64,000 nucleotides of DNA from Planctomycetota bacterium (lineage in GTDB: Bacteria > Planctomycetota > GCA-002687715 > CAIWVZ01): NCBI GenBank assembly GCA_044222185.1, contig JBGANV010000001.1, positions 32,001 through 96,000 of the forward strand, read 5' to 3'. How positions within the stretch are numbered: the first letter of the stretch is position 1; each line of letters opens with the position of its first letter. Under the pieces are notes generated by a model that worked only from the letters and a program-made list of their open reading frames with translations, had not been told where the DNA came from and ran no database searches. This document shows, piece by piece, positions 12,191-23,956 of this stretch. The position numbers and the translations under genes are program-made.

Positions 12191-12847
12191 TCAACGGCGC
12201 GGGGCGTCGATCCGCACCTGGTCGGTCTTCAGCGCCGTCAGCCCGGCAGCCGCCGGCAGGAAGCGTCCGTCGACGACCTGTTCGGCGAGTTCAGCCGTCG
12301 CCAGCGACCTCGCGAGTTGGATCGTCCCGACCACCTGATCGGCGCGCACGACGGAGAGCGTGGCGCCCACCGGCACGGTGATGCCCGACGGCACGAGGAC
12401 CTGCACGCTGCCGTCCAGGCGGACGGCCTGGATCGTCAGCACTCGTGGTTTCGATGCGCGCGTTGCCGCCAATTCCTTCGTCAACTGGCCCACGGCCGAC
12501 TGGTCGACGGCCGTCAGCGCCGGACGAATCCGAGTGATGTCCGAGACCAGGCCGTCGGCGCGGGCGCGCAGGTCCCGCTCCGTGCGCTCGAGTGCTTCGA
12601 CCTCCCGCAGGCGCTCGCGGACTCGTTCCTCGAGAACCGCGCGGCGTGACTCGGCGGCCTCCGCGCGCTCTGCTGCCCGAACCGCCGCCTGCGCCGCGTC
12701 ATCGCGCCGCCGCGCCAGGTCCTTGACGTCGTTCTCGCGGTTGGTGGCCTCGGCCCAGAGTTGCTGTTCGGCGGCGATGTCTCCCTCCCGCGGAGCCTGA
12801 CAGGCGGCGCAGAGGAGGACGAGTGCAGTCCATCGGAACGTTCGCAT
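12191..12847 (-). CDS. Hypothetical coiled-coil lipoprotein
   Basis: MRTFRWTALVLLCAAC lipobox-like signal, long coiled coil, C-terminal beta region; the longer 5' extension in the ORF track is antisense to atp genes. Confidence 0.65.
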   Translation of the reverse strand: MRTFRWTALVLLCAACQAPREGDIAAEQQLWAEATNRENDVKDLARRRDDAAQAAVRAAERAEAAESRRAVLEERVRERLREVEALERTERDLRARADGLVSDITRIRPALTAVDQSAVGQLTKELAATRASKPRVLTIQAVRLDGSVQVLVPSGITVPVGATLSVVRADQVVGTIQLARSLATAELAEQVVDGRFLPAAAGLTALKTDQVRIDAPRR

Positions 12848-12962
12848 CACGCGGTCTCGTTGTTTGGCGGCGAAAGCAACGCGGAACATACCGGGAACGG
12901 ACGCCCCTGAACATCCGGGGAAATGCACCGCGGCAGACGAAAAAACGACGGGAAAAACCCCG

Positions 12963-12991
12963 TTGTTCCTCGGAAAGGTGGCCGATATAGT
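12963..12991 (+). promoter_or_regulatory. Putative sigma70 promoter of the atp operon
   Basis: TTGTTC-17 bp-TATAGT, preceded by A-tracts. Confidence 0.5.
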
Positions 12992-13073
12992 GCGCCGCCT
13001 TCGCGGGACGAGGGGTGCACTCGATGGGTGTTGCGCGATCACGCGACGCCCGTCCGTCCCAAGACCGGTTGGT

Positions 13074-13310
13074 ATGGGAGAGACGAAACGGCGCAGGGGG
13101 CTCCGTGGCCTTCGGTACGTCGGCGTCGGAATCAGCTTCGGAGCGCTCGTGCTCGCTGGCTGGTTCGTCGGTCGCTGGGCGGACGGCCGGTTCCACACGG
13201 AACCGTGGCTCGCGCTCGCCGGCACTCTCATCGGCATCACCTTCGCGACAATCGATCTCATCCGGACCTCCGACGCACTCGAGCGGCTCGACAAAGAGGA
13301 CCGAGAGTGA
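13074..13310 (+). CDS. AtpZ/AtpI family protein
   Basis: GISFG..V..GWFVGRWADGRFHTEPW..LAG pattern; first gene of the atp operon. Confidence 0.8.
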   Translation: MGETKRRRGLRGLRYVGVGISFGALVLAGWFVGRWADGRFHTEPWLALAGTLIGITFATIDLIRTSDALERLDKEDRE

Positions 13311-13708
13311 AACGAAACTTGGTGCGCTATGGACTTGGCTGGTCCGTGGTCAGCGCGGCTCTTGTCGCCGTGCTTCCACGGGTGATTCCCGGCGTGAACG
13401 GGATCGGCCCCGTCCTCTCCGCCATTGCGGTGGCTGCGGCCGTCGACGTGGCGGTGTTCGGTCTCGTGATCTACGGGCTGGTCGTGGCTCCGCGTTCGTT
13501 CTTCCGGATGTGGGGGCTTGCGGTCGCGACGAAGATCGCGACTTTCAGTGCGGCGCTGATCGTGGCGTCGCAGACGTTGGGTGCGGATGGCCCGGTGTTC
13601 ACCTGGTCGCTCGCAGCCGCCTTCGTGGCCTACGTGCACAACGAAGTGTTCGTGTTCGCCAGGTTGAGCGATCGAGACCTCCGCCCCCGGGCGGGTGTCG
13701 GAAACTGA
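13307..13708 (+). CDS. ATP synthase subunit I-like membrane protein
   Basis: 4-TM protein with GTGA overlap, located between the atpZ-like gene and atpB. Confidence 0.65.
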   Translation: MKRNLVRYGLGWSVVSAALVAVLPRVIPGVNGIGPVLSAIAVAAAVDVAVFGLVIYGLVVAPRSFFRMWGLAVATKIATFSAALIVASQTLGADGPVFTWSLAAAFVAYVHNEVFVFARLSDRDLRPRAGVGN

Positions 13709-13726
13709 ACAGACGAGAAACCACGG

Positions 13727-14506
13727 ATGGCTCTGGGCGTGACCTTGTTCAACGGCGATGGTGAAGACATCAGCGAGGCTGTTCGCCACCACGCCTTCGA
13801 CAACATCCACGAGCCGTTCTTCGGCATCATCACCAAGTTCTCGGTGATGGCGTTGTTGTCCGGCGCCGTGCTGTTCTTCCTCGCGCGCATCGCGGCGCGG
13901 CGCACGAACCTCGTGCCCACGGGCGTTCTGCAGAACGCCTTCGAATCCCTCGTTCTATTCGTGCGGGATGAGCTCGTTCGCCCCAACATGGGGCACCATG
14001 GCGACAAGTTCGTCCCGTTCTTCTGCACGCTGTTCTCGTTCATCTTCATCACGAACCTGTTCGGGATGGTTCCGATTCCCGTCGTCGGCGGGACTGCGAC
14101 GTCGAACCTGGGCATGACGGGCATGCTGGCCGTCTCCGTGCTCATCGTCTCCATCGTCGGGGGCATCAAGGAGAACGGGATCGGCGGCTTCCTCCACGGC
14201 TTCGTTCCGCCGGGACTGCCGATGCTGCTCGTTCCAGTCTTGTTCGTGCTGGAACTCGCTGGCTTCTTCATCAAGCACGGCGTGTTGGCCATTCGTCTCT
14301 TCGCCAACATGGTCGCCGGACACCTCGTCGTCGGTGCGTTCCTCGGCCTGATCATCGTGAACAAGTCCTACGCCGTCGCGCCGCCCGCCATCGCGTTGGC
14401 CCTGTTCGTCAACATGCTCGAACTCCTCGTGTGCCTGCTTCAGGCGTACGTGTTCACTCTTCTCGCGTCGCTCTTCGTGGCTGGAACGGTCCATCCCGAG
14501 CACTGA
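13727..14506 (+). CDS. atpB: F0F1 ATP synthase subunit a
   Basis: TATSNL, LAIRLFANMVAGH, LLQAYVFTLL. Confidence 0.97.
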   Translation: MALGVTLFNGDGEDISEAVRHHAFDNIHEPFFGIITKFSVMALLSGAVLFFLARIAARRTNLVPTGVLQNAFESLVLFVRDELVRPNMGHHGDKFVPFFCTLFSFIFITNLFGMVPIPVVGGTATSNLGMTGMLAVSVLIVSIVGGIKENGIGGFLHGFVPPGLPMLLVPVLFVLELAGFFIKHGVLAIRLFANMVAGHLVVGAFLGLIIVNKSYAVAPPAIALALFVNMLELLVCLLQAYVFTLLASLFVAGTVHPEH

Positions 14507-14576
14507 GAACAACGGAGAGGGGAGCCGCTCCCACCTCCATGACCTTCATCCTTCAATCCCAGGAGCTTCTGAAACC

Positions 14577-14795
14577 ATGAGCCTGATCCCACTCGCCGCC
14601 ATTGGCGCCGGTCTCGTCACCCTCGGTGCAGCTTTCGGTATCGGCCGCCTCGCGGCCGCCAGCGTCGAAGGCATCGCCCGTCAGCCGGAAGCCGGTGGCT
14701 CGATCCGCACCACGATGATCATCGCGGCGGCCCTCATCGAAGGGTTCACGTTCTTCGCGTTGATCGTCTGCCAGGGCGCGTCGAAGAACGGCTGA
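14577..14795 (+). CDS. atpE: F0F1 ATP synthase subunit c
   Basis: GxGxxxxG motif, ARQPE loop, ALIEG. Confidence 0.97.
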   Translation: MSLIPLAAIGAGLVTLGAAFGIGRLAAASVEGIARQPEAGGSIRTTMIIAAALIEGFTFFALIVCQGASKNG

Positions 14796-14838
14796 TCATT
14801 GGACCGCGCTGCTCGTGCGGCGCCTTGGATTTGAATCC

Positions 14839-15423
14839 ATGTACCTGCTGAACATTCCACAGCACGGCGGCACGCCGCCCGTCGAGGCCAAGACCTCGAC
14901 GGAGCATGCAGCGGAGGCGGGCCACAAGCTCGACCCGCTCGAGCCGAGCTTCGGCCTCACGTTCTGGAGCGGAGTCACATTCATGTGCCTCCTGCTCCTG
15001 TTGCTGAAGTTCGCCTGGAAGCCCATCGTCAAGATCGTCGAGGATCGCGAGAAGAAGATCCGCGGCGACCTGGAGGGGGCGGAAAAGGCGAAGGCGGAGG
15101 CGGACGCGGCGCTTCGCAAGTATCAGGCGCAACTCGACGAGTCGGCGGTCAAGGCCCGCGAGACCGTCGAGGCGGCGCGGGCACGGGCGGAGCAGGCGGC
15201 GGCCGAGATCGCCACGGCGGCGAAGGCCGAGGCTGCCGGCATCATCGCGAAGGCGCGAGCCGAGATCGAAGGCGAGAAGCAGAAGGCACTCGCGGACATC
15301 AAGGCCAGCGTCGTCGAGTTGTCCATGGCCATCACGCGCGAAGTCGTGAAGCGAACGGCGAGTCAGGACGACCACGCCGCCATCGCCAACGACATCATGA
15401 AGCGCATGAAGGACGTGGCGTGA
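14839..15423 (+). CDS. atpF: F0F1 ATP synthase subunit b
   Basis: FW..VTF..LL.LL.KFAWKPI followed by coiled coil. Confidence 0.95.
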   Translation: MYLLNIPQHGGTPPVEAKTSTEHAAEAGHKLDPLEPSFGLTFWSGVTFMCLLLLLLKFAWKPIVKIVEDREKKIRGDLEGAEKAKAEADAALRKYQAQLDESAVKARETVEAARARAEQAAAEIATAAKAEAAGIIAKARAEIEGEKQKALADIKASVVELSMAITREVVKRTASQDDHAAIANDIMKRMKDVA

Positions 15424-15441
15424 TCCACGGAGCAGGACGAG

Positions 15442-15996
15442 ATGTCTGACGACAGCAACCTGGCTCCGGCCCGCCGCTACGCGGACGCGCTGTTCGAACT
15501 CGCCCGGGACAAGGGCGAAGTCGACGCCGTCGTCGCGGACGTCGTGGCGCTGAAGGGCGTCATCGACGCCGAGCCTTCGATCCTGCGCACGCTCATGGAC
15601 CCCAAGGCCGGGCGTGAACAGAAGAAGTCCCTGGCGGACGCCAAGCTGATCGGCGGCCGGCACCGCCTCGTGGGCAACCTCGTTCGCGTGCTTCTCGAAC
15701 GGCGACGCGAAGATCTCCTCGGGGAGTTCTTCACGGCATTCGCCGAGTCCGTCGAGCGCGCGAACAAGGTGCTGAAGGTCGAGGTCGAGACGGCGTCGGC
15801 TCTCGGCGATGCGGCGCGCGACGATCTCGCGCGCCGGATCGGCGAGTCGTCGGGGCGGCCCGTGGAGATCACCTCGCGCGTGCGTCCCGAGTTGCTCGGG
15901 GGCATGCGGTTCATCGTCGACTCGCGGCTGATCGATGGCAGCGTGGCGGCGAAGCTCGATCGGCTGCGTCAGCGAATGCTGCAGGCGCAGGCGTAG
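15442..15996 (+). CDS. atpH: F0F1 ATP synthase subunit delta
   Basis: ARRYADALF, ELLGG...DSRLIDGSV. Confidence 0.95.
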   Translation: MSDDSNLAPARRYADALFELARDKGEVDAVVADVVALKGVIDAEPSILRTLMDPKAGREQKKSLADAKLIGGRHRLVGNLVRVLLERRREDLLGEFFTAFAESVERANKVLKVEVETASALGDAARDDLARRIGESSGRPVEITSRVRPELLGGMRFIVDSRLIDGSVAAKLDRLRQRMLQAQA

Positions 15997-16091
15997 TGCG
16001 GGCGTTCGTCGCCCGACGCGGTTCGAACAGACACTGACATTGGGGCGGGATCGAACGGATCTCGCCGAGCGAGAACGGAGTCCAGTTCACC

Positions 16092-17600
<1,509 letters not shown>

Positions 17601-17615
17601 TCGGCGGAGTCCACC

Positions 17616-18500
17616 GTGAAGGGCGTACGCGAACTCAAACGACGTCTCAAAGGCGTCCAGAACATCCGCAAGATCACGAAGGCGATCGAGCTCGTGGCCT
17701 CCACGAAGCTCCGTCGTCTCCAGGATCGCGCGGCCGCCACGCGGCCGTTTGCGGCGCAGCTCGAAGCGATCATGAAGCGCGTGGCCGGCGTCGTCGATCC
17801 GTCGGCATCGCCGCTCCTTCGCGCCTACGAGAAGGTGACGGACGTGGCGTTGCTCGTGATCGCGGGCGACAAGGGCCTCTGCGGCTCCTACAACTCCAAC
17901 GTCTTCCGCGCGTCGCTGCCCGTCATCCGCGAGCTGACGGCGAGCGGGAAGAAGGTCCACGTGTTCGCCATGGGCAAGCGTGCCGCCACCTACTTCGGGA
18001 AGCTGAAGGACGTGACGCTCACGTGGGTCTACCCCGATCCCGTGGAGAAGATCGAATTCCGCAACGTGAAGTCGTTGGCGAAGGAACTCGTCACCGGTTT
18101 CGTCGCGGGCAAGTTCCACGAAGTCCGCATCGTGTACACGGCGATGAAGGGCTCCATGACGTTCAAGCCGACGGTGCAGGGGATCCTTCCCGTGCCGAAG
18201 CCGGCCGTGGACGAGTCGTCGAAGAAGAGCTCCGTCGAGTACATCCTCGAGCCCACGCCGCAGGAGATCATGGATCGCCTGCTGCCGCGGTTCCTCGAGA
18301 TGCAACTCTTCGCCGCCGTGCTCGAGTCGCTCGCGTCCGAATTCGGCTCACGCCGGATCGCCATGAAGAGCGCCACCGACAACGCGGTCGAGATGATCGG
18401 AACACTCACCAAGGAATACAACAAGGCGCGGCAGACGGGCATCACGAGCGAACTGCTCGAGATCTCCGGCGGCGCGGAAGCGCTGCGCGACGCTTCTTAG
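17616..18500 (+). CDS. atpG: F0F1 ATP synthase subunit gamma
   Basis: KITKA, DKGLCGSYN, AMKSATDNA, NKARQTGITSELLEI. Confidence 0.97.
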   Translation: MKGVRELKRRLKGVQNIRKITKAIELVASTKLRRLQDRAAATRPFAAQLEAIMKRVAGVVDPSASPLLRAYEKVTDVALLVIAGDKGLCGSYNSNVFRASLPVIRELTASGKKVHVFAMGKRAATYFGKLKDVTLTWVYPDPVEKIEFRNVKSLAKELVTGFVAGKFHEVRIVYTAMKGSMTFKPTVQGILPVPKPAVDESSKKSSVEYILEPTPQEIMDRLLPRFLEMQLFAAVLESLASEFGSRRIAMKSATDNAVEMIGTLTKEYNKARQTGITSELLEISGGAEALRDAS

Positions 18501-19952
<1,452 letters not shown>

Positions 19953-19955
19953 TCC

Positions 19956-20384
19956 ATGAAAGAGTTCAAGCTCCGGATCGTCACGCCCGAACGCACCATC
20001 TTCGAGGGAGATGTGACGTCAGTCACAGTTCCCGGATCGAAGGGGAGCATGGGCATCCTGTACAACCACGCTCCGCTCGTGTCGTCGCTCGAGACGGGCG
20101 AGGTGGTGGTGCACTTTCCGGACGGGAAGTCGCAGGTGTTCGTCGTCTCCGGTGGGTTCGTCGAGGTCGCAAACAACGACGTGCGCGTGCTCGCAGACGT
20201 GGGCGAGCCCGCATCCGAGATTGACGAGGCCCGTGCCCGGGAGGCCGCCGAGCGCGCCAAGCAGCGCATTCGCGAACGCAAGGAGGCCGAGTTCGACCTC
20301 GCCCGCGCCGAGGCCGCGCTCTCGCGCGCCATGGCTCGCCTCCGCGTCGCCCAGCGCTACAAGATGCCCGCCCGCGGCGCCTAG
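19956..20384 (+). CDS. atpC: F0F1 ATP synthase subunit epsilon
   Basis: IVTPER, GSMGILYNHAP, VSGGFVEV. Confidence 0.96.
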   Translation: MKEFKLRIVTPERTIFEGDVTSVTVPGSKGSMGILYNHAPLVSSLETGEVVVHFPDGKSQVFVVSGGFVEVANNDVRVLADVGEPASEIDEARAREAAERAKQRIRERKEAEFDLARAEAALSRAMARLRVAQRYKMPARGA

Positions 20385-20448
20385 CGAGCGCCGTTCATCA
20401 GCGTCGGTCTGAGCATCGCGAGCCCGATGCGAAACGACATCGGCCGGA

Positions 20449-20640
20449 CCGGTCGTCCTCGCTTCGCTCGGTTCGACCGGCGATCCTGCCAGTCGTCCTC
20501 GCTTCGCTGCGGTTGACTGGCGCTCCGCCGCGCAGTCGATCGATCCGCGCGCGCGAAGCTCTTTCGGAACGCAGCGTAGGAGCGCCGATTCTCCGGCGCA
20601 TCGCCGGGAATCGGCCGGATCGCCGGGCGTCCCGCCCGGT
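20449..20640. repeat. Cluster of REP-like hairpins
   Basis: Two hairpins sharing GTCGTCCTCGCTTCGCT (20449-20480, 20488-20521); GTAGGA-GCGCCG..CGGCGC (20576-20599); GGATCG-CCGGGCG-TCC-CGCCCGG (20617-20639). Confidence 0.65.
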
Positions 20641-20823
20641 CCAACGGGCGTGGCACGGCGTGGGGCATTCGATCCCTGCTCTCGGCGTGATCCTTGCAAC
20701 GCACCCCGCGAACTCACATCGGCCCGGGTCGGCGCGGTTTCGAGCCCGATCGCTGGCGAGATCCGAACTGTGCCCATAGGCTCCACGTTGCACGGCCATC
20801 AGGCGGCGTGCAGGAGTGGCACC

Positions 20824-22566
20824 ATGAGCATTCGTACCTCCACGCGCGTTGGCGTCGTCATTCTTTGCGCGGCGGCGGCGATCAGCGCCCAGACGACGCG
20901 GCAGGTTCCGTCCCAATACCCGACGATCCAGACCGCGATCAACGCCTGCGTGAACGGCGACACGGTCCTCATCGCGCCGGGCACTTACGGCGGCACCGTG
21001 AACTTCTCCGGCAAGGCCATCACCGTGCGCGGCTCGGCCGGCGCCGCGAGCACGATCATCGCGGGAGCGGGCGTCGCTCGCATCGTGACGTTCTCTTCGA
21101 ACGAGGGCCCCAACTCGATCCTCGACGGCGTGACCGTCACCGGCGGCAATGGCGGCGTGCTGATCCAGAACGCCTCGCCGACGATCACGAACTGCCGGAT
21201 CGTGAATAACGTTGCGGTTGCGCCTGCGCCCTCGACCGCGAGCTCGGGTGGCGGTATTCGGATCCTCGCGACGGCGGGCACGGTTGCGCCGACGATCTCG
21301 AACTGTTCCATCGACGGGAACACGACGAACACGTCCGGCGGCGGTCTGGACGTCGAGGTGACGGCACCGGGCACGGGCTTGCCGGTGTTGCTGAACTGCA
21401 CGCTCTCCATGAACACGGCAGCGGGACAGGGCGGGGGTGCGCAGTTTCTCGCCAATGCCCAGGCGTCTCTTTCGCCGACGCTCGTCGGGTGCACACTCAG
21501 CGGCAATTGGGGGGCGTACAGTGGCGGTGCGCTCTACCTTCAAACTTGCGCCGTCGTCTCGATTTCAGGGTGTCGCATAGTTGCAAATCACCTCCCCGCG
21601 GTCGTGTTGTCCCCGTATCCCTATGTCGCGACGGGCTCGGGAGGTGGGATCGGCGGGTCTGCGGACCAGGTTGCGCTCGTCGGGTGCACGATCACTGGAA
21701 ACGACGCGGCGGGTTACGGCTCTGCCATCGATCTTTCCGCGAGCAATGTGCTCGTTCGGAACTGCACCATCACCGGCAACCAGTTGAACCTGTTTTCGTC
21801 GACAGCCGTTCGGCTCGTTGGGACGCAGACGAATTCGCAGTTGTCGATCGTCAGCTCGATCGTTTGGGGGAACTCGAGCGCCGATCTCGGCGGGAGCCCG
21901 CCGCCGACCGTCACCTACTCCAACATCGGCACCGGCCAGTTCGCGCCCGGCGTCGGCACCATCTCGCAGGATCCTCGATTCGCCGATCCGGCGAACGGGG
22001 ACTACCACCTCACCGTGTCATCGCCGTGCCGCAATGCGGGTTCGCCGCAGTCCGCGGGACTGCCGGCGTTGGACCTCGACGGCACTCCGCGCGTCGTCGG
22101 CGGCGTCGTCGACATGGGCGCGGACGAATTTCCGGCGATCGCGTATCCCGGCACGAACGAGGACGTGGACCTGCTCGCCTGGGTCGACGGTGCAGGCGAC
22201 CCCGTGGCCTCGACGCGCACCGCGTTGCCCGGCAGCCATCTGAAGTTCGTCATGCGCTCCGCGGGCGGAACGTTGACGGGGGCCACACCGATCGTCGGCG
22301 GCGCCGTGTACTCCGCGGGCTCTCCACCGACGCAGGTGCCGGGCTACCCATCGATCTGGCTCATGGGCTCGGCCTTCGTCCTCTATGGCAACCTCACCGC
22401 GCCGCCGTTCACGATCCCCGGGCTCCCGACCGCAGGTCTCACGTTCGAGTTCCTGACTCCGCCGGGTCTGGCCGGGCTGGGGCTTCGCCTCCAAGGACTC
22501 GTGACGACGCCGCTCGCGGCGAACTCAGCCTACGCAGCCACGGGCGCACTGGACGTCACTTTCTGA
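20824..22566 (+). CDS. Secreted right-handed parallel beta-helix protein with choice-of-anchor Q-like segment and C-terminal tail domain
   Basis: AGGAG RBS; signal ..AISA/Q; YPTIQTAI..GDTVLIAPGTY; repeated GGG/C.I.GN turns; DPRF..GDYHL..SPC.NAG..DLDG.PR...DMGADE. Confidence 0.85.
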   Translation: MSIRTSTRVGVVILCAAAAISAQTTRQVPSQYPTIQTAINACVNGDTVLIAPGTYGGTVNFSGKAITVRGSAGAASTIIAGAGVARIVTFSSNEGPNSILDGVTVTGGNGGVLIQNASPTITNCRIVNNVAVAPAPSTASSGGGIRILATAGTVAPTISNCSIDGNTTNTSGGGLDVEVTAPGTGLPVLLNCTLSMNTAAGQGGGAQFLANAQASLSPTLVGCTLSGNWGAYSGGALYLQTCAVVSISGCRIVANHLPAVVLSPYPYVATGSGGGIGGSADQVALVGCTITGNDAAGYGSAIDLSASNVLVRNCTITGNQLNLFSSTAVRLVGTQTNSQLSIVSSIVWGNSSADLGGSPPPTVTYSNIGTGQFAPGVGTISQDPRFADPANGDYHLTVSSPCRNAGSPQSAGLPALDLDGTPRVVGGVVDMGADEFPAIAYPGTNEDVDLLAWVDGAGDPVASTRTALPGSHLKFVMRSAGGTLTGATPIVGGAVYSAGSPPTQVPGYPSIWLMGSAFVLYGNLTAPPFTIPGLPTAGLTFEFLTPPGLAGLGLRLQGLVTTPLAANSAYAATGALDVTF

Positions 22567-22605
22567 TCGTGCGGTCGCGGACTGCCGCCGGTTCGCGGAC
22601 CCCGA

Positions 22606-23871
22606 TCACCACTCCAGGCGGTTCCAATAAAGCTGGCCCCGATCGCGTTCCGCCGAGAACCAGTCGAGGAGAAACTTCACCGACCGCTCGATGGCGCCGT
22701 TGTGAACTTCCTTGCCATTCAGCTTGATCACGACCGGCTTGTCGAGGTCGACGAGGCCGTCAGCGAGGAGCACGGAGCCCTGCCGGAGATTGGGCCCGTC
22801 GATGTCGATGGTGTTGCCATCGACCTTCGCGTGAAACGGCGTGCCGGGACCCGATTCGTATCCGCCCGGCTTGACCTCGAGCCACCAACGGCGGCTCGTG
22901 ATCGGCTCCACGTCCTTCCCGTTCCCGTAAACGAAGAAGATGCCGCGGATCTCCTTGGGCATCGGAACGCGCGCCACCTTCGCCATGTACTCGTAGGCCT
23001 TCGGGTGGAACTCCTGCATGTAGTCGTGCCCCTTGCCCTCGACGAAGTTGAACACTCCGGGCATGGAGTTCTTCTTGTAGTACGCCTCGGCCGTGCGGAA
23101 TCCCTGCACGCGCTCATCCGTGTCCTTCAACCCCACGACGAAGTATCCGGGGATCCCGCGCAGCGTGTCCATGCACGGCTCGGGCGCCAGGTGGAACGCC
23201 CAGTGCAACCGCGCCATCGCGTAGAACGCCGCGACCCGGTGGGGCCACAGCTGCGAGAAGATGAACGACGCCCCGCCGCCTGCCGAGTGGCCGGAGAGGT
23301 AGAGGTGGTCGAGGTCGACGCTGAAGTTGTCGACGAGGTAGCGGAACAGCTTGTCGACGAACTGATAGGCGCCGGGTTGATTCCACCCCATGCGGTCGTC
23401 GCTCGGGATCTCCGGTGTCACGCACAAGAACGGCTGCTTGGCCTCGACCGTGTTCTTCGCGAAGTCGGCCGCCGTGTCGCCCGAGCCGTGGAACCGGAAG
23501 AGCACGGGCGACGGCTTCTTCGGGTCATACCCCTTCGGCAGCGTGACGATGAACTTCGCCTTCTTCACCGACGACTCGGGAATGTCGAGCGTGTCCTTCA
23601 CGAGTCGGTCGGCGGGAAGCTTCTGCCCTTTGGGCGCGGCGAACGGCAACGCCCGGAGGGCTTCCGCGATGAACTTCCGATCCTCCGGCCGAGTCGCTTC
23701 GAGCGTCTTGCGCGCCGCGTCGGCGCGCTTGGGATCGGCGCCGAAGGCCTCCGCGACGAGCCGCTTGGCATCGGACGCCAGGAGCTTCTGGCTTGGGGCC
23801 GCGTCCTGCGCGTCCACGCACACGGCGACCGCGACGATCACGCACACGGAAAGCACCCGCATCATGTCCAT
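22606..23871 (-). CDS. Secreted alpha/beta hydrolase (esterase/peptidase-like)
   Basis: Signal peptide ..VDA/Q; LPKGYDP, FHGSG, nucleophile GHSAGG, G..D, GKGH; true start may be one of the next Mets. Confidence 0.8.
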   Translation of the reverse strand: MDMMRVLSVCVIVAVAVCVDAQDAAPSQKLLASDAKRLVAEAFGADPKRADAARKTLEATRPEDRKFIAEALRALPFAAPKGQKLPADRLVKDTLDIPESSVKKAKFIVTLPKGYDPKKPSPVLFRFHGSGDTAADFAKNTVEAKQPFLCVTPEIPSDDRMGWNQPGAYQFVDKLFRYLVDNFSVDLDHLYLSGHSAGGGASFIFSQLWPHRVAAFYAMARLHWAFHLAPEPCMDTLRGIPGYFVVGLKDTDERVQGFRTAEAYYKKNSMPGVFNFVEGKGHDYMQEFHPKAYEYMAKVARVPMPKEIRGIFFVYGNGKDVEPITSRRWWLEVKPGGYESGPGTPFHAKVDGNTIDIDGPNLRQGSVLLADGLVDLDKPVVIKLNGKEVHNGAIERSVKFLLDWFSAERDRGQLYWNRLEW

Positions 23872-23956
23872 CTCCCTCGCGCATCGCGCGGCCTGTCCGC
23901 CAGATGCGCGCGGGATCTTACACCGGGCCCGTCCGCGTGGGGCCGCCCCGCCGAAA

